Positions 11,688 to 25,200 of a DNA stretch of 64,000 nt are shown piece after piece (position 1 is the first letter of the stretch; every line of letters starts with the position of its first letter). Under the pieces are notes generated by a model. That model searched no databases and was not told the origin of the DNA. It saw nothing but the letters and a program-made list of their open reading frames with translations. The translations under genes and the position numbers were made by a program. Source of the stretch: Eledone cirrhosa (lineage: Eukaryota). The stretch covers positions 4,030,001 through 4,094,000 of the forward strand of contig OZ024742.1 of the NCBI GenBank assembly GCA_964016885.1. Direction: 5' to 3'.

Positions 11688-13253
11688 CTGTATATATATG
11701 TATGTGTGTGTGTATGCATATGTGTATCTGTGTGTGTATATATGTGTATGTATGTGTGTGTATGTGTACGTCTGCATATATGTATATGGGTAAATCTGTC
11801 TGTATATGTAGGTGAGCTCATATATGTGCATGTATGTGTATATGTGCGTGTATGTGTGTGTTGTCGGTACATGTGTGTGTATATATATATATATATGTGT
11901 GTGAATATACGTGTGTGCGAGTGTGTATGTGTATATCTTGCATACATGAGTGTGAGTCCATGTGCCCATACCCATCTGTATGTATGTGTATGTATATATG
12001 TAAAACACCTTCTACATCACCTCTCACCTTCCTCCCATCTCTGTCGTTCGCCACCCCACCGATACTCCCTCACTCTCCATATTCGTGACCGCATGCGCGC
12101 ATGCACATACATGTGTGTACATATACATATGGCTGTGTGTGAGCGTATGCTGATATGTGTGGGCAAGGATGTGCGTATGTGTTTTATGTTGTGTGTGTTT
12201 ATACAACAATATATGTGCACATATATACATATATGTGTGTACGTATACGTATATACAAGGTATCTGTCAGACGAAGAGCGTCTAACTATGTATCTATGTA
12301 AGGACCTGACGCCACCAATACATCCACCACACCACCACAAACGCCGCTACCATAGACAAAGGCACGACTACCACATCCCCACCCACACGCCAACCCGTCT
12401 ACTGACAATCTACGAACCTCATACCACAGCCCATCCCACTAAATAACCTTAACCACCACTATATCATCACATCCATCCCCACATACTCTACACGCCAAGG
12501 CCAACCCACCACCAACACACCACAGCCCACCTCATCCACAGACCGTCACCAACATCTCACCATCACACCCACCCCCATATACACTACAGGCCAGTACATC
12601 GCCTTGATCCTTCTCACCAATCAAAACATCTCATTTTGTCAAACTCTTGAAACTCTGTCTTTACCACATAGCATGTATTTCATTTTCTTATAGCATTTTA
12701 AGAGGGTCCGTCGAGCTGCCGATTTATTGAGTCGGGTAGGATCGATATAGATCGAACCTTGAGCTGATCAGTAGCGAAACGCGCGTCACCTATCAATAAA
12801 TGCAATGAAGGAATAATCAATCGTCCTTTTTATCCTTTCTATATATATATATATATATATAACTACATGCATACACACTATATATCTGTTTGCGATATAT
12901 CATTTCTATGTGTGTGTCAATCATATCTGATAGTAATGTTAGTCTTAATTTAATATACACAAATAATCCTGGCTGTAAAAGTACTTCTTAAACATATGAT
13001 TAAACAACCGTCGCAACATCTACAATTATGACTTCCTCGTCTAAATTATGCAGCCTTTCTACAGGCTTAATACATTAGAGATTTTGATGTTCGTATTTAT
13101 CTATAGATATATTCTAATTTATTCTAATGCATTCACATAATTTCAGTAAAAATGCCTCAGTATAGAGACTGTCAGTCTAAAATGTAGCAATGGGAATTTA
13201 TAAAGAAATATAGGAACCTCCAGCAACACTAAACACCCACTCACTATCGAGTG

Positions 13254-13285
<32 letters not shown>

Positions 13286-13586
13286 CGTTTGCTTATTATT
13301 TGAACAAAATCATATTTATGCATACATATGTTTTGAACCAGAATATATATATATATATATATAGTGGATGGGGTTGTCTTTGTCGTCATCAATACTGTCG
13401 TCGTATATTATTTATTCTTTATTCGGTCAAAAGATGACAACATAAAATGGGAGAACTTCTAACATGTATGACATTCCTATTTTTTTTTCAATGCAATAAA
13501 CTTAAAATACATATAAATCCCGTTTTAGTCGATCAACTGATTATACCCAGGGAAATAAACCTATACCTGTTTCTTGATTCACCGTT

Positions 13587-13775
13587 GGTGGATTGGCAGT
13601 ATCGGTAGAGGGCCTGATGCCATGCTTTGCAGCAAAGAGTTACGACTCTTTATGGTCTGAGTTCAAATCCCGCCGAGGTTAACTTTGCCTTTCATCCTTA
13701 CGGGGTCGATAAAATAAAGTACCAGTTATACACTGGGATGATTGCTGGCCTTGTGCCAAAGGTAGAAACAATTAT
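13587..13775 (+). mobile_element. tRNA-derived SINE
   Basis: A-box TGGCAGTATCGG, B-box GAGTTCAAATCC, body GTTAACTTTGCCTTTCATCCTTACGGGGTCGATAAAAT, ends GAAACAATTATT; several copies in the window. Confidence 0.85.
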
Positions 13776-14315
13776 TTGTATTTCCGATACATTCTTCAAT
13801 CCAGTGTCTCTAAAATTATTTCAATAACTTTTGTGGTTTGACTCCCACAGTTAATCCAGCTAAGTATTGGGTACCACAGCACCAGATTTTAGACAATTTG
13901 AGCAGGATGTCTGACACGGTGTACTTTACTCAGTCTGAATAATTACTCAGTTGTCTTTCCAGTTAACTTTGGTGAAGCTACATAAAGTTCTTCCAAATAC
14001 GTTAATACCCAAGTAATAATGAAAATATATAAATGAGCCGGATTTATAATTGAATAAAATCTAACATTTTTACTCCGTGTTATTGCGTCTAGCACAATAT
14101 TGATAAGGTTTAAAAGAAAGTTAGTTTGTGATGTTAATCGGAATTTTGAATTTCACGAGTGCTCAAAATCAAACAGAGTGAGGCATGGCTCTGAAATTAA
14201 ACAATTTACTTCACAATCAAGTGGCATTGGGTTGGCACCGACTCTGTAGTGTCTCCTACTGCAGCTTAGCGTTGGCCAATGTAAGTGGTGCGCGGACTCT
14301 GTAAGAATGCCCTTC

Positions 14316-14532
<217 letters not shown>

Positions 14533-15825
14533 TTGACGTCTGCTTCTATATATCCCATAACATAGTGGTTCTACAAAAAGAGGTTGACGAAATAAATACC
14601 GGATTGAATCCCAATTAAAGCATTGTTCCAGCATTGCCAGTCTAATGATAGAAAACAGTAAAATAAAAACATAAACATTTTCTTTACAATGTAAATGTAT
14701 AAATTATGATCAGCAACCTCTCAGACCTTCTCAAATCGGACCAAGAAAACAATGTTTCCATTGCTGATACTATCTACTATTTTCAACTACTAGCAGAAGA
14801 GCAAATGTATAAGAAAGATTCTTATAATATAATATATACTTTGAATTATAAATTCACAGGCCAGACATCATATGAAAACTATTAACAGAACAGCCTAAAG
14901 GAATCGAAACACATCTGTTGCATAACGGTAGACCACATTACAAACTTCACCAAAGCAACACAATGACTTCTACAATAAATCTGCTACAACGTTCAGTTCA
15001 CTTTTCCTATTTGATGTGATGCTTACAAAGGTATAATTTAAAGCAGAGTATTTGTTATCTATGTTGCAGTAAATATGAAAATATGTGACATGAATAATGC
15101 TTATTTTAATATATTTATTTTATACCCTTCGTTATAAATGTCTTTAGAGGTGAGCAGAATTCAGGCAATTTATTTCTTTACCAGATTCATTTTTACGATC
15201 CTGCTTCCAGGTCTATTTTCCTCTTCTGTTGTTATTTGCATCGAATGTCAATTTTGATAAAAGAAATATTCGCCGAGAGAAAAATCTTATATTTACAGGG
15301 TTAATACAAGGTTTTTAGACATGTTTACATTACTGTCTCTATTTATTAATGGATGGGTAAAAAGACTATCATATCTTAAGGCATTGCTAGCTACAAACAC
15401 CTTCACATTCAGAATTAACACAACGTACGATACAGCCTACATTAGTATTCTTCCAGGTAAATTATATATCAATCACAATTGTGGAAAACATTTTGGTTTG
15501 AAAGATGTATTGTACAACGTGTGTAATATGACAAGAATAAAGACACTTATATAAAATATTTTTTTATATAACATATGAAACGATCCCTCGATGTTTAAAA
15601 TATTACCATAAAAATGTCAACATTTATTAGCATCTTAACTGATGAATATGGTAATAATAGAGAAAGATAGAATAATTCTGATGTAATTTAACTTTTCATA
15701 AAAACAATTTTTCATGTATGAGAGGACGAAAGTAGTTGAGAATTAAATTGAATAGAAACCGAAAAATGAAAGAATCAACTATTTCGATGCAACTACTTAT
15801 GAATATTTATATATATATATATAAA

Positions 15826-16282
15826 ATTTCAAGTTATCAATAATGTAGTGATAATATATCGTCACGTTCGAGATGAACAGCGTACGTGTAGGTTTGCTCA
15901 ACGAGTATAAATTATATTCCGGAGAAAATGTAGAAAAGATGAATATAAAATGAAAGTGCTTTTATAAAGGAATTTATTAGGTATTGGCATATGTTTCTGT
16001 AACAGACGGAATACCTATGTATCGCTGCTTGCGTAATCATATAATGTTAGCAAGTATTCGATAGCAAATGTATAATCAGTTGTCACTTCTTCAGAGATAT
16101 TGGATAAATTCATCCAATATCTCTGAAGAAGTGACAACTGATTATATATTTGCTATCGAATACTTGCTAACATTATATGATTACGCAAGCAGCGATACAT
16201 AGGTATTCCGTCTGTTACAGAAACATATGCCAATACCTAATAAATTCCTTTATAAAAGCACTTTCATTTTATATATATCTTT

Positions 16283-16285
<3 letters not shown>
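15826..16285. mobile_element. Near-perfect palindrome (~170-bp arms, centre ~16109) with a left-side tail and a degenerate HHR
   Basis: 15932-16106 mirrors 16112-16285; CTGAAGA (16123)..GTGACA/TGTTAC..GAAA-CATATG-CC (16220-16231); (TA)n flanks. Confidence 0.8.
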
Positions 16286-16334
<49 letters not shown>

Positions 16335-16340
<6 letters not shown>

Positions 16341-16766
16341 TAAGAGGAATTCCAACTTTGTCTGATTTACTCGTTTTATTTACAATCCTTTAAAATTTAT
16401 AATGGTATTAAAATGAAATAGTATGGTAGAATATTAAATGTTAAGTGTTAATTGAACAAGTACGTTCATGCTTTCGCAATCTTCAGGTTCATAATGTGGA
16501 GTGACAGTCAAGTTTGCAATTTTCAACTGTTGAAAATTGCAAACTTGACTGTCACCACATATTATGAACCTGAAGATTACGAAAGCTTGAAAGTACTTGT
16601 TCAATTAACACTTAGCATTTAATATTCTATAATACTATTTCATTTTAATACCATTATAAATTTTAAAGGATTGTAAATAAAACGAGTAAATCAGACAAAG
16701 TTGGAATTCCTCTTATTAATATAATCTTCTATACACAATCATACACACCCGTGTATATTTGTCTAT
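16335..16766. mobile_element. Palindrome (~195-bp arms, centre ~16528) with a right-side tail
   Basis: 16335-16527 mirrors 16530-16723; centre TTTTCAACTGTTGAAAA; (TA)n flanks. Confidence 0.85.
16565..16603 (+). ncRNA. Minimal hammerhead motif (mirror 16453-16491, -)
   Basis: Two-arm consensus TGAAC-CTGAAGA-TTGC-GAAA-GCAT-GAAA-GTAC-TT-GTTCA. Confidence 0.75.
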
Positions 16767-16825
16767 CTCTATATATATATATCAAAATGAAAATCCGAAG
16801 GCAAGGTAAAATTCCGATCATTTAA

Positions 16826-16899
16826 TCACGACACATGTTTCAATAAGAGATAGATCGATTGTGAAGCCATGATCGAATATCACTGATCTCATCAGGTGA
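16826..16899 (-). ncRNA. Type I hammerhead motif in a TA-flanked insert (16782-17082)
   Basis: Minus strand TCAC-CTGATGA-GATC..(long stem II)..GAAA-CATGTG-TC-GTGA. Confidence 0.75.
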
Positions 16900-17080
16900 A
16901 AATGAATTGCCTTCAAATTCTGGATATGAGGGAGAAAAAATAACGATGTTCTCTCACAGAATTCATTCCCTCATATGGAGACACACGAGTCAGTCAGAGA
17001 CATGGCGACTGCTAATAGCTTTAGTTGAGGTCATAAAAGTTTTCAGATTTCTATCGCTGCAAAAGACGCTGGACATCAAT

Positions 17081-17135
<55 letters not shown>

Positions 17136-17137
<2 letters not shown>

Positions 17138-17378
17138 AATGGAAACTATATTTATAAAACCATATTTATTTCATTATACATATTTCAAGGACACCAAGTT
17201 AAATTATGGTGTGCTTTCATCAGATAAAATATATTATAGATCAGTTTTATAAATAAATATTGACATACCCTTAAAGAATGCGACCATTTCTGTTGGAAGC
17301 TCCCGGATAGTGAGTGCTTTATATCAGTTATAAAAATATTTGCTTGTTGTATCCCAACAATTTAAATAGAACTTCAAC
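17136..17378. mobile_element. Inverted HHR terminus joined directly to tail; same family as 24428-24851
   Basis: 17136-17300 matches 24441-24603; 17312-17375 matches 24784-24846; (TA)n flanks. Confidence 0.8.
17168..17230 (-). ncRNA. Type I hammerhead ribozyme
   Basis: ATTTTAT-CTGATGA-AAGCACACCA..TGGTGTCCTT-GAAA-TATGTA-TA-ATGAAAT. Confidence 0.85.
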
Positions 17379-17399
17379 ATATATATATATATAATATAA

Positions 17400-18387
<988 letters not shown>

Positions 18388-19140
18388 TACAAATATTAAT
18401 AAAATAGATGTTCTTTTGATCAATTAAATGTTATTATACATATTTCAGTACGTCCTCATCAGACAAAATATAATGATACATGACATACCCTGAGATGTTA
18501 AATAGTTAAGATTTAATTAAGGTAGTGATTAACCTAAGAGAAAACTCAACATTTATACCCTAATAATGAGAAAATGCGAAAACGTAATAAATTCAATAGA
18601 GGATGTATGAGTAAGAAAAACGTTGCTTAATTTGACAGCTGTAGAGATTTTAAAATGTGGGATACTACAAGTTATGGTTATCTAGGAAAATGTCTCTTGA
18701 ATTATAACTGTTTATGAAGGTAACTGAAAGAGATTTAAAGAGAGGGAGAGATAAAGGGGAGTAATATATGCAGAACAAATTTTTTTTCCTTAAAGGCTAA
18801 ACGATTAAGTTTCAAAATATTTAATTTATGTTATTTTAAGGGTGAAGAATCAAAATTTTAAGTTTTTTTTTAAAGTTGATGCTTATTTATATTTATTAAT
18901 TTTATAAATTCAATAAATGTGTTAAAATTTCTAAAATTCTGAATTTAAAGGATTTACTTGGCAAGCGAAAGGAAAATTTACACTGTTGAATATTTTCCTA
19001 AATGTAATCTTTAACGAAAATTACCTGTAAGAATGTCAACATTTTCGGTATGTAAAGCTTATGAAGTACTTATTGTTAGAAATATCTAAAAATTAATTGT
19101 CAAGTAGTTAGTGTAATGGTTAGCGCAGAGTTTTCAGCCA

Positions 19141-19188
<48 letters not shown>

Positions 19189-20249
19189 GGTAATAAATTA
19201 ATATTTGTCATATTATATTAAATCTCTATATAAGTTCTACCTTCATGATAGGAATAATAAATATGCTATTGTACAAATATCTATATTTGCATAAACTATA
19301 TATTTGCACACACTATATATAGCGTTAAGGCAAAACGGTAATTATGTTATTATACACTATAGATATATATGCAAAAACAAAACAAAAGCTGAGATATACG
19401 TACCTAATAATATGATTATGTTATTATACAGATACACTTATTTGCAAAAATAAATATTAGGTATAGAGAGATATACTAAATATTAATGAGCCAGTATACT
19501 TTACGTAAATGATAACGAATATAAAATAATAGATTCAAACATGCTAAAGTTAAATACATACATATATATAAAAGAGTGTAAATGCATGAATTATTCACAG
19601 TTGAAAATAAATAATCTAAAAATTTAAAAATTTAAAAATTATCTAACAATTAGGTATAGAGAGATATACTAAGTATTAGTGATACAGCATACTTTTGGTA
19701 AATGATAACGATTATAATCTTATATAATAGATTTCAACGTACTAAAGTTAAATACATACATATATATATAAATCTATAAAAAAGAGTGTAAACGCATGGA
19801 TGATTCACAGTTCAAAATAAGGTCCGTAAACATTTACAGGTTGGATATTTGCACTATATTTAAATCATGGATAGAGAAATATAAAGGTAGGTATATTTAA
19901 AAACTTACAAAAGATAAGTACATACATATTATAAATAAAAAAAAGTGTAAATAGATGAATGATTCACAGTTAAAAATAGGTTCTGTAAAAATTTACAGGT
20001 TGGATATTTAAACTAAAATTAAAACTTAGATAGGAAAATAAAGATAGAGAAATAATGGTATGGATCAAAGTTAATAATATTATGTTATGTATATCAACGT
20101 GTCAGCGTGTTATTAAATAAGTGTCATTCATTCGAGCGTTATTCTTTCTGTAGATAGTTATAAGATAAAGCAATATTAAAAGCCATTAAGGTTTGATTAA
20201 CCTGTTGATTATTTACGTCTAAAAACCAAGTTTAATGGCTTAATGTTTT

Positions 20250-21622
20250 TTTCTGGTCTTATGGGAGGCTAGGAATGTAGACGTAGCTTTATGAAGGCAA
20301 TTAGAGAATAATTCACTTTTTTGTTAATTAGGGGCTCATAGTTATTAATAATAAACAGGGTTTCATTGTACAGAGCACGCAGTTACTAGATATACTTGAG
20401 TTGCGGTAAACTCCACAATTCCGAAGTTTTGTCCACAGAATGGAGTATTTTAAATTCCTCTCTTTTAATGACCATATGAGCTGTGATAAAGAAGTGGATG
20501 ATTTCCTCTTGGAGTTCGAAAATGAGCATTTATGGTTTGCAAATCTGGCTTTAAATGTAGAAGAAGTCGATCCTATGTAGTTGTATGTGTTGTGATCAGT
20601 TTTTACGGTGCATTTATAAACCTAATTACTATCTAGACAATTATTTTGCAGAGGGCAGTCAGTTTTATTTCTACAATTACATTTTGGTTTAGTATCATTT
20701 ATGTTAACGCTATTATTAAGATCATTATGCGGGTTTTGTTTTAGAATTTTAGTGTTTAATTTAGAAATTTTTTGGGCCATGTCCATAGTTGTAGAATACG
20801 ACAATTTAATGGTGTGTCTATTAAAAATGGAATGGTATTTATGTTGAGTAGAGACAGAGGTGTCCAAAGCATTAAAGAATAATTTTGCAATTGGTGTTCT
20901 AACTGCGAACCATATGACTGATTTAGTTCTAGTTCTTTTCCTCAATTTGTTTAGCGTATGGGGGTTTGAATTATAATTATTAGAGTTTCGTTTATATATG
21001 TTATTATTTTTATCCGGATTAAGACTTGGATTATTATTATCTACATATTCTATGTTATTCGTATATCCTGCTCTTTTTAACGCGTTGTTGTAGTATTCAG
21101 CATTTTCGTCAAATATATCTTTATTGGCTGATATATTATTAATTCGTTTTTGCACACTATTTACTATGGCTTTTTTTTTTACAGATTTAGGGTGATTGGA
21201 ATAATTACTAAGATAGTTTAAGTTTTCATTGGGCTTATGAAAAGGGTAATAAAACCCAGTGTTTAAGTTAAACGTAACGTCTAGCAAATTAACTATTTTG
21301 GAACCATTTTCTACTTCTAACTTAAGGTCATACATTTTAAAGAAATCTATTATACTTTTCTTTACTCTATTTAGTTCTATATTGTTGTGTTTGATCATTG
21401 TAAATAAAATGCCGTCCCTATATAAACCACCGGTAATCTCCGGCAGTTTTCTATTTATCATATTTAATATGAAAATTCCCAGAAGATCTGTGATTTGCGC
21501 AGAATCGGATGCCCCCATAGTGATATCAAAGTTTCTATCTCTATCTGAGCGGGTCCAATATTCATTGTTGAAGTTAATAAGAGTTCTTCTGGCTGTTAGT
21601 ATGATATCAATTTCATCCGTGG
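20250..21622 (-). pseudogene. PLE RT C-terminal half + CxCx5Cx5C linker + GIY-YIG endonuclease
   Basis: FDITMGASDSAQITDLLG, GLYRDG, NLLDVTF, YSNHP, KCNCRNKTDCPLQNNC; reading through a TAG gives VYKC..YNYIGSTSSTFKARFANH; 3' boundary approximate. Confidence 0.9.
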
Positions 21623-22436
21623 GTTTTAATTTTAGTTTAATTATCCAACCTGTAAATTTTTACGGAACCTATTTTTAACTGTGAATCATTCATGTGTTTA
21701 TACTTTTTTATTTATAATATGTATGTACTTATCTTGTGTAAGTTTTTAAGTATACCTACCTTTATATTTTTCTATCCATGATTTAAATATAGTGCAAATA
21801 TCCAACCTGTAAATTTTTATGGACCTTATTTTGAGCTGTGAATCATCCATGCGTTTACACTCTTTTTTATATATTTATATATGTATGTATTTAACTTTAG
21901 CACGTTGAAATCTATTATATAAGATTATAATCGTTATCATTTACCAAAAGTATACTGTATCACTAATACTTAGTATATCTCTCTATACCTAATTTTTAGA
22001 TAATTTTAAAATTTTAAAATTTTTAGATTATTTATTTTGAACTGTAAATAATTCATCCATTTACACTCTTTTATATATATGTATGTATTTACTTTAGCAT
22101 GTTTTAATCTATTATTTTATATTCGTTATCATTTACGTAAAGTATACTGGCTCATTAATATTTAGTATATCTCTCTATACCTAATATTTATTTTTGCAAA
22201 TAAGTGTATCTGTATAATAACATAATCATATTATTAGTTACGTATATCTCAGCTTTTGTGGGGTTTTTTGCATATATATCTATAGTGTATAGTAACATAA
22301 TTATCGTTTTGGTTTAACGCTTTATATAGTTTGTGCAAATATAGATAGTTGTACAATAGCATATTTATTATTCCTATCATGAAGGTAGAACTTATATAGA
22401 TATTTAATATAATATAACAAATATTAATTTATTACC

Positions 22437-22500
<64 letters not shown>

Positions 22501-23180
22501 TGGCTGAAAACTCTGCGCTAATCATTACACTAACTACTTGACAATTAATCTTTAGATATTTCTAACAATAAGAACTTCATAAGCTTTACATACCGAAAAT
22601 GTTGACATTCTTATAGGTAATTTTCGTTGAAAATTACATTTAGGAAAATATTCAACAGTGTAAATTTTCCTTTCGCTGGCCAAGTAAATCCTTTAAATTT
22701 TGTCCTCATAAAATTCAGAATTTTAGAAATGTTAACACATTTATTGAATTTATAAAATTAATAAATATAAATAAGCATCAACTTTAAAAAAAACTTAAAA
22801 TTTTGATTCTACACCCTTAAAATTAAATATTTTGAAACTTAACCGTTTAGCCTTTAAGGAAAAAAAAATGTTTCTGCATATATTACACCCCTTTATCTCT
22901 CCCTCTCTTTAAATCTTCTTTCAGTTGCCTTCATAAACAGTTATAATTCAAGAGACGTTTTCCTAGATAACCATAACTTGTAGCATCCCACATTTTAAAA
23001 TCTCTATCGCTGTCACATTAAGCAACGTTTTTCTTACTCATACATCCTCTATTGAATTTATTACGTTTTCGCATTTTTCATTATTAGGGTATAAATGTTG
23101 AGTTTTCTCTTAGATTAATCACTATCTTGATTAAATATTAACCATTTAACATCTCAGGGTATGTCATATATCATTATATT

Positions 23181-23216
23181 TTGTCTGATGAGGACGTACA
23201 GAAATATGTATAATAA
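23181..23216 (+). ncRNA. Hammerhead motif with shortened stem II (mirror 18431-18466 -; longer version 24257-24320 +)
   Basis: TTGT-CTGATGA-GGACGTACA-GAAA-TATGTA-TA-ATAA. Confidence 0.75.
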
Positions 23217-23366
23217 CATTTAATTGATCAAAAGAACATCTATTTTATTAATATTTGTATTTTAATATTAATAACTCTGGAAAATAATTTAATTGTAGAG
23301 GGCTTCCAATCTACTGTAAAACTCATTCTTTGATGTACTCATTGAATCTTGTTTAACTCTTTAATA

Positions 23367-23442
<76 letters not shown>

Positions 23443-23551
23443 TAAACGGAATAGAAAATACTGACAAATTTTTCACAGTTGAAAAATAGTTTAATTAGGA
23501 ATAAAAGAGTATTAGTAATTGTATTGGTTAGTATTCAGTTGTGGTTTTAAG

Positions 23552-23590
23552 TTTTTACCGGTTGCGCATTTCTAAATGCTTTTCAAAAAG
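23552..23590 (-). ncRNA. Degenerate hammerhead-like motif with UUGAAAA core in a TA-flanked insert (23440-24000)
   Basis: Minus strand TTT-TTGAAAA-GCAT-TTAGAA-ATGC-GCAA-CCGG-TA-AAA. Confidence 0.5.
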
Positions 23591-24084
23591 ATAGAGCGTC
23601 CGTGTTGTTAGCTCTTAGCTCTGATCTGATTAGTTTTGGGAATTCTACCTGTTTTTATGTTAAAAAAGTGGCTCCAGCGCTACTTGGTGTTGCAAAAATT
23701 CTTGTGGTCAAAACAATTTTGATTGGTCGGTAGAGGTCATGTGAATGTAAAACATTGATGTTGCGCCAAGACTGAGAAATGACTCTTTCACAACAAATAT
23801 GTGTGTGTGTGTGTGTGTGTAGTAGTAGTAAAGTGTTCGATGTTGTGATAATGGTTAGCAGGGATGTGTGTGCGGACAGCAGCCTGTTGACAGTTCAAAT
23901 GGCTATTAAGATAAGTGTGTGTGTGTGTGTGTGTGTGTGTAGCCGAGTAATTCGTGGTAGCGGGATGGTCAGTAGGAATGTGTCTGTAAGGAGTGGGGGG
24001 TATTTTATATATATATATATATTTTTATATATATATATATATTTTTTATATATATATATTTTTATATATATATATATATTTTTT

Positions 24085-24361
24085 TAAAGAGTTAAACAAG
24101 ATTCAATGAGTACATCAAAGGGATGAGTTTTATTCTATTACGTTTTCCCATGTTCTCATTTGTAGGGTATAAATATTGAGTTTTCTCACAAGTTAATCAC
24201 TACCTTGATTAAATCTTAACCATTTAATATGTCAGGGTATGTCATGTTTCATTTTATTTTATCTGATGAGGACGTACTATTGACCTTGATTCAAGTACCT
24301 CTGAGATATTTATAATAAAATTTAATTGATCACAAGAACATCTATTTTATTAATATTTGAA

Positions 24362-24368
<7 letters not shown>
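24085..24368. mobile_element. Short relative of the 18379-23365 PLE: inverted tail + HHR terminus
   Basis: 24085-24132 is the reverse complement of 23317-23363; 24136-24368 aligns with 23058-23268. Confidence 0.8.
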
Positions 24369-24427
<59 letters not shown>

Positions 24428-24431
<4 letters not shown>

Positions 24432-24851
24432 GATATTAATAAATGGAAACTATATTTATAAAACCATATTTATTTCATTATACATATTTCAGGGATACCA
24501 AATTAAATTATGGTATGCCTTCATCAGACAAAATACAATATATAACAGTTTTACAAATAAGCTTTGACGTACCCTTTTAAAATGCGACCATTATTTTGGG
24601 AAGCCATTTTTTAAAAGGGTACGTCAAAGCTTATTTGTAAAACTGTTATATATTGTATTTTGTCTGATGAAGGCATACCATAATTTAATTTGGTATCCCT
24701 GAAATATGTATAATGAAATAAATATGGTTTTATAAATATAGTTTCCATTTATTAATATCGTATATCTACTCCAAATACTTGTCGAGTGCTTTATATCAGT
24801 TATAAAAATATTTACTTGTTGTATACCAACAATTTTAAATAGAACTTTTGC
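24428..24851. mobile_element. Palindrome (~165-bp arms) plus tail, HHR in each arm (24471-24535 -, 24656-24720 +)
   Basis: TATTTTGT-CTGATGA-AGGCATACCA..TGGTATCCCT-GAAA-TATGTA-TA-ATGAAATA; (TA)n flanks. Confidence 0.88.
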
Positions 24852-24876
24852 ATATATATATATATATATATATATA

Positions 24877-25016
24877 TAGTAATAATAATAAATTTGATGA
24901 CTAAAATCCAAAGAGGGCTCGATAAGGATAAATATATATCAAATATATAAGAACCGTAGAGCAAATATTTATTAAAATAACAGATTAAAGTTTAAGCAAA
25001 GAATCGCTGCTTTCAC

Positions 25017-25081
<65 letters not shown>

Positions 25082-25200
25082 TAACAGATTACAGTTTAAT
25101 TTAATAAATATTTGGTCTACGGTTCTTATATATTTGATATATATTTATCCTTATCGAGCCCTCTTTGGATTTAATTTTCAAATTTATCATTATTACTATA
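24877..25200. repeat. ~100-bp inverted repeat enclosing a (TA)n tract
   Basis: 24877-24975 mirrors 25099-25200. Confidence 0.8.

Larger units (their letters stand above)
5231..12843 (-). mobile_element. Penelope-like retroelement with ~2.6-kb inverted arms (5331-7988 / 10229-12843)
   Basis: Mirror-image ORF sets on the two arms; RT and GIY-YIG on the minus strand; GAAACGCGCGTC (HHR 3' half) at ~12776-12787; (TA)n at both ends. Confidence 0.92.

Noticed and set aside
12690-12795. Complete HHR in the 7.5-kb PLE terminus
   Set aside because: Only GAAACGCGCGTC is clear; candidate 5' cores (TTTAAGA, CTGATCA) lack convincing stems, so it is reported only as a 3' half
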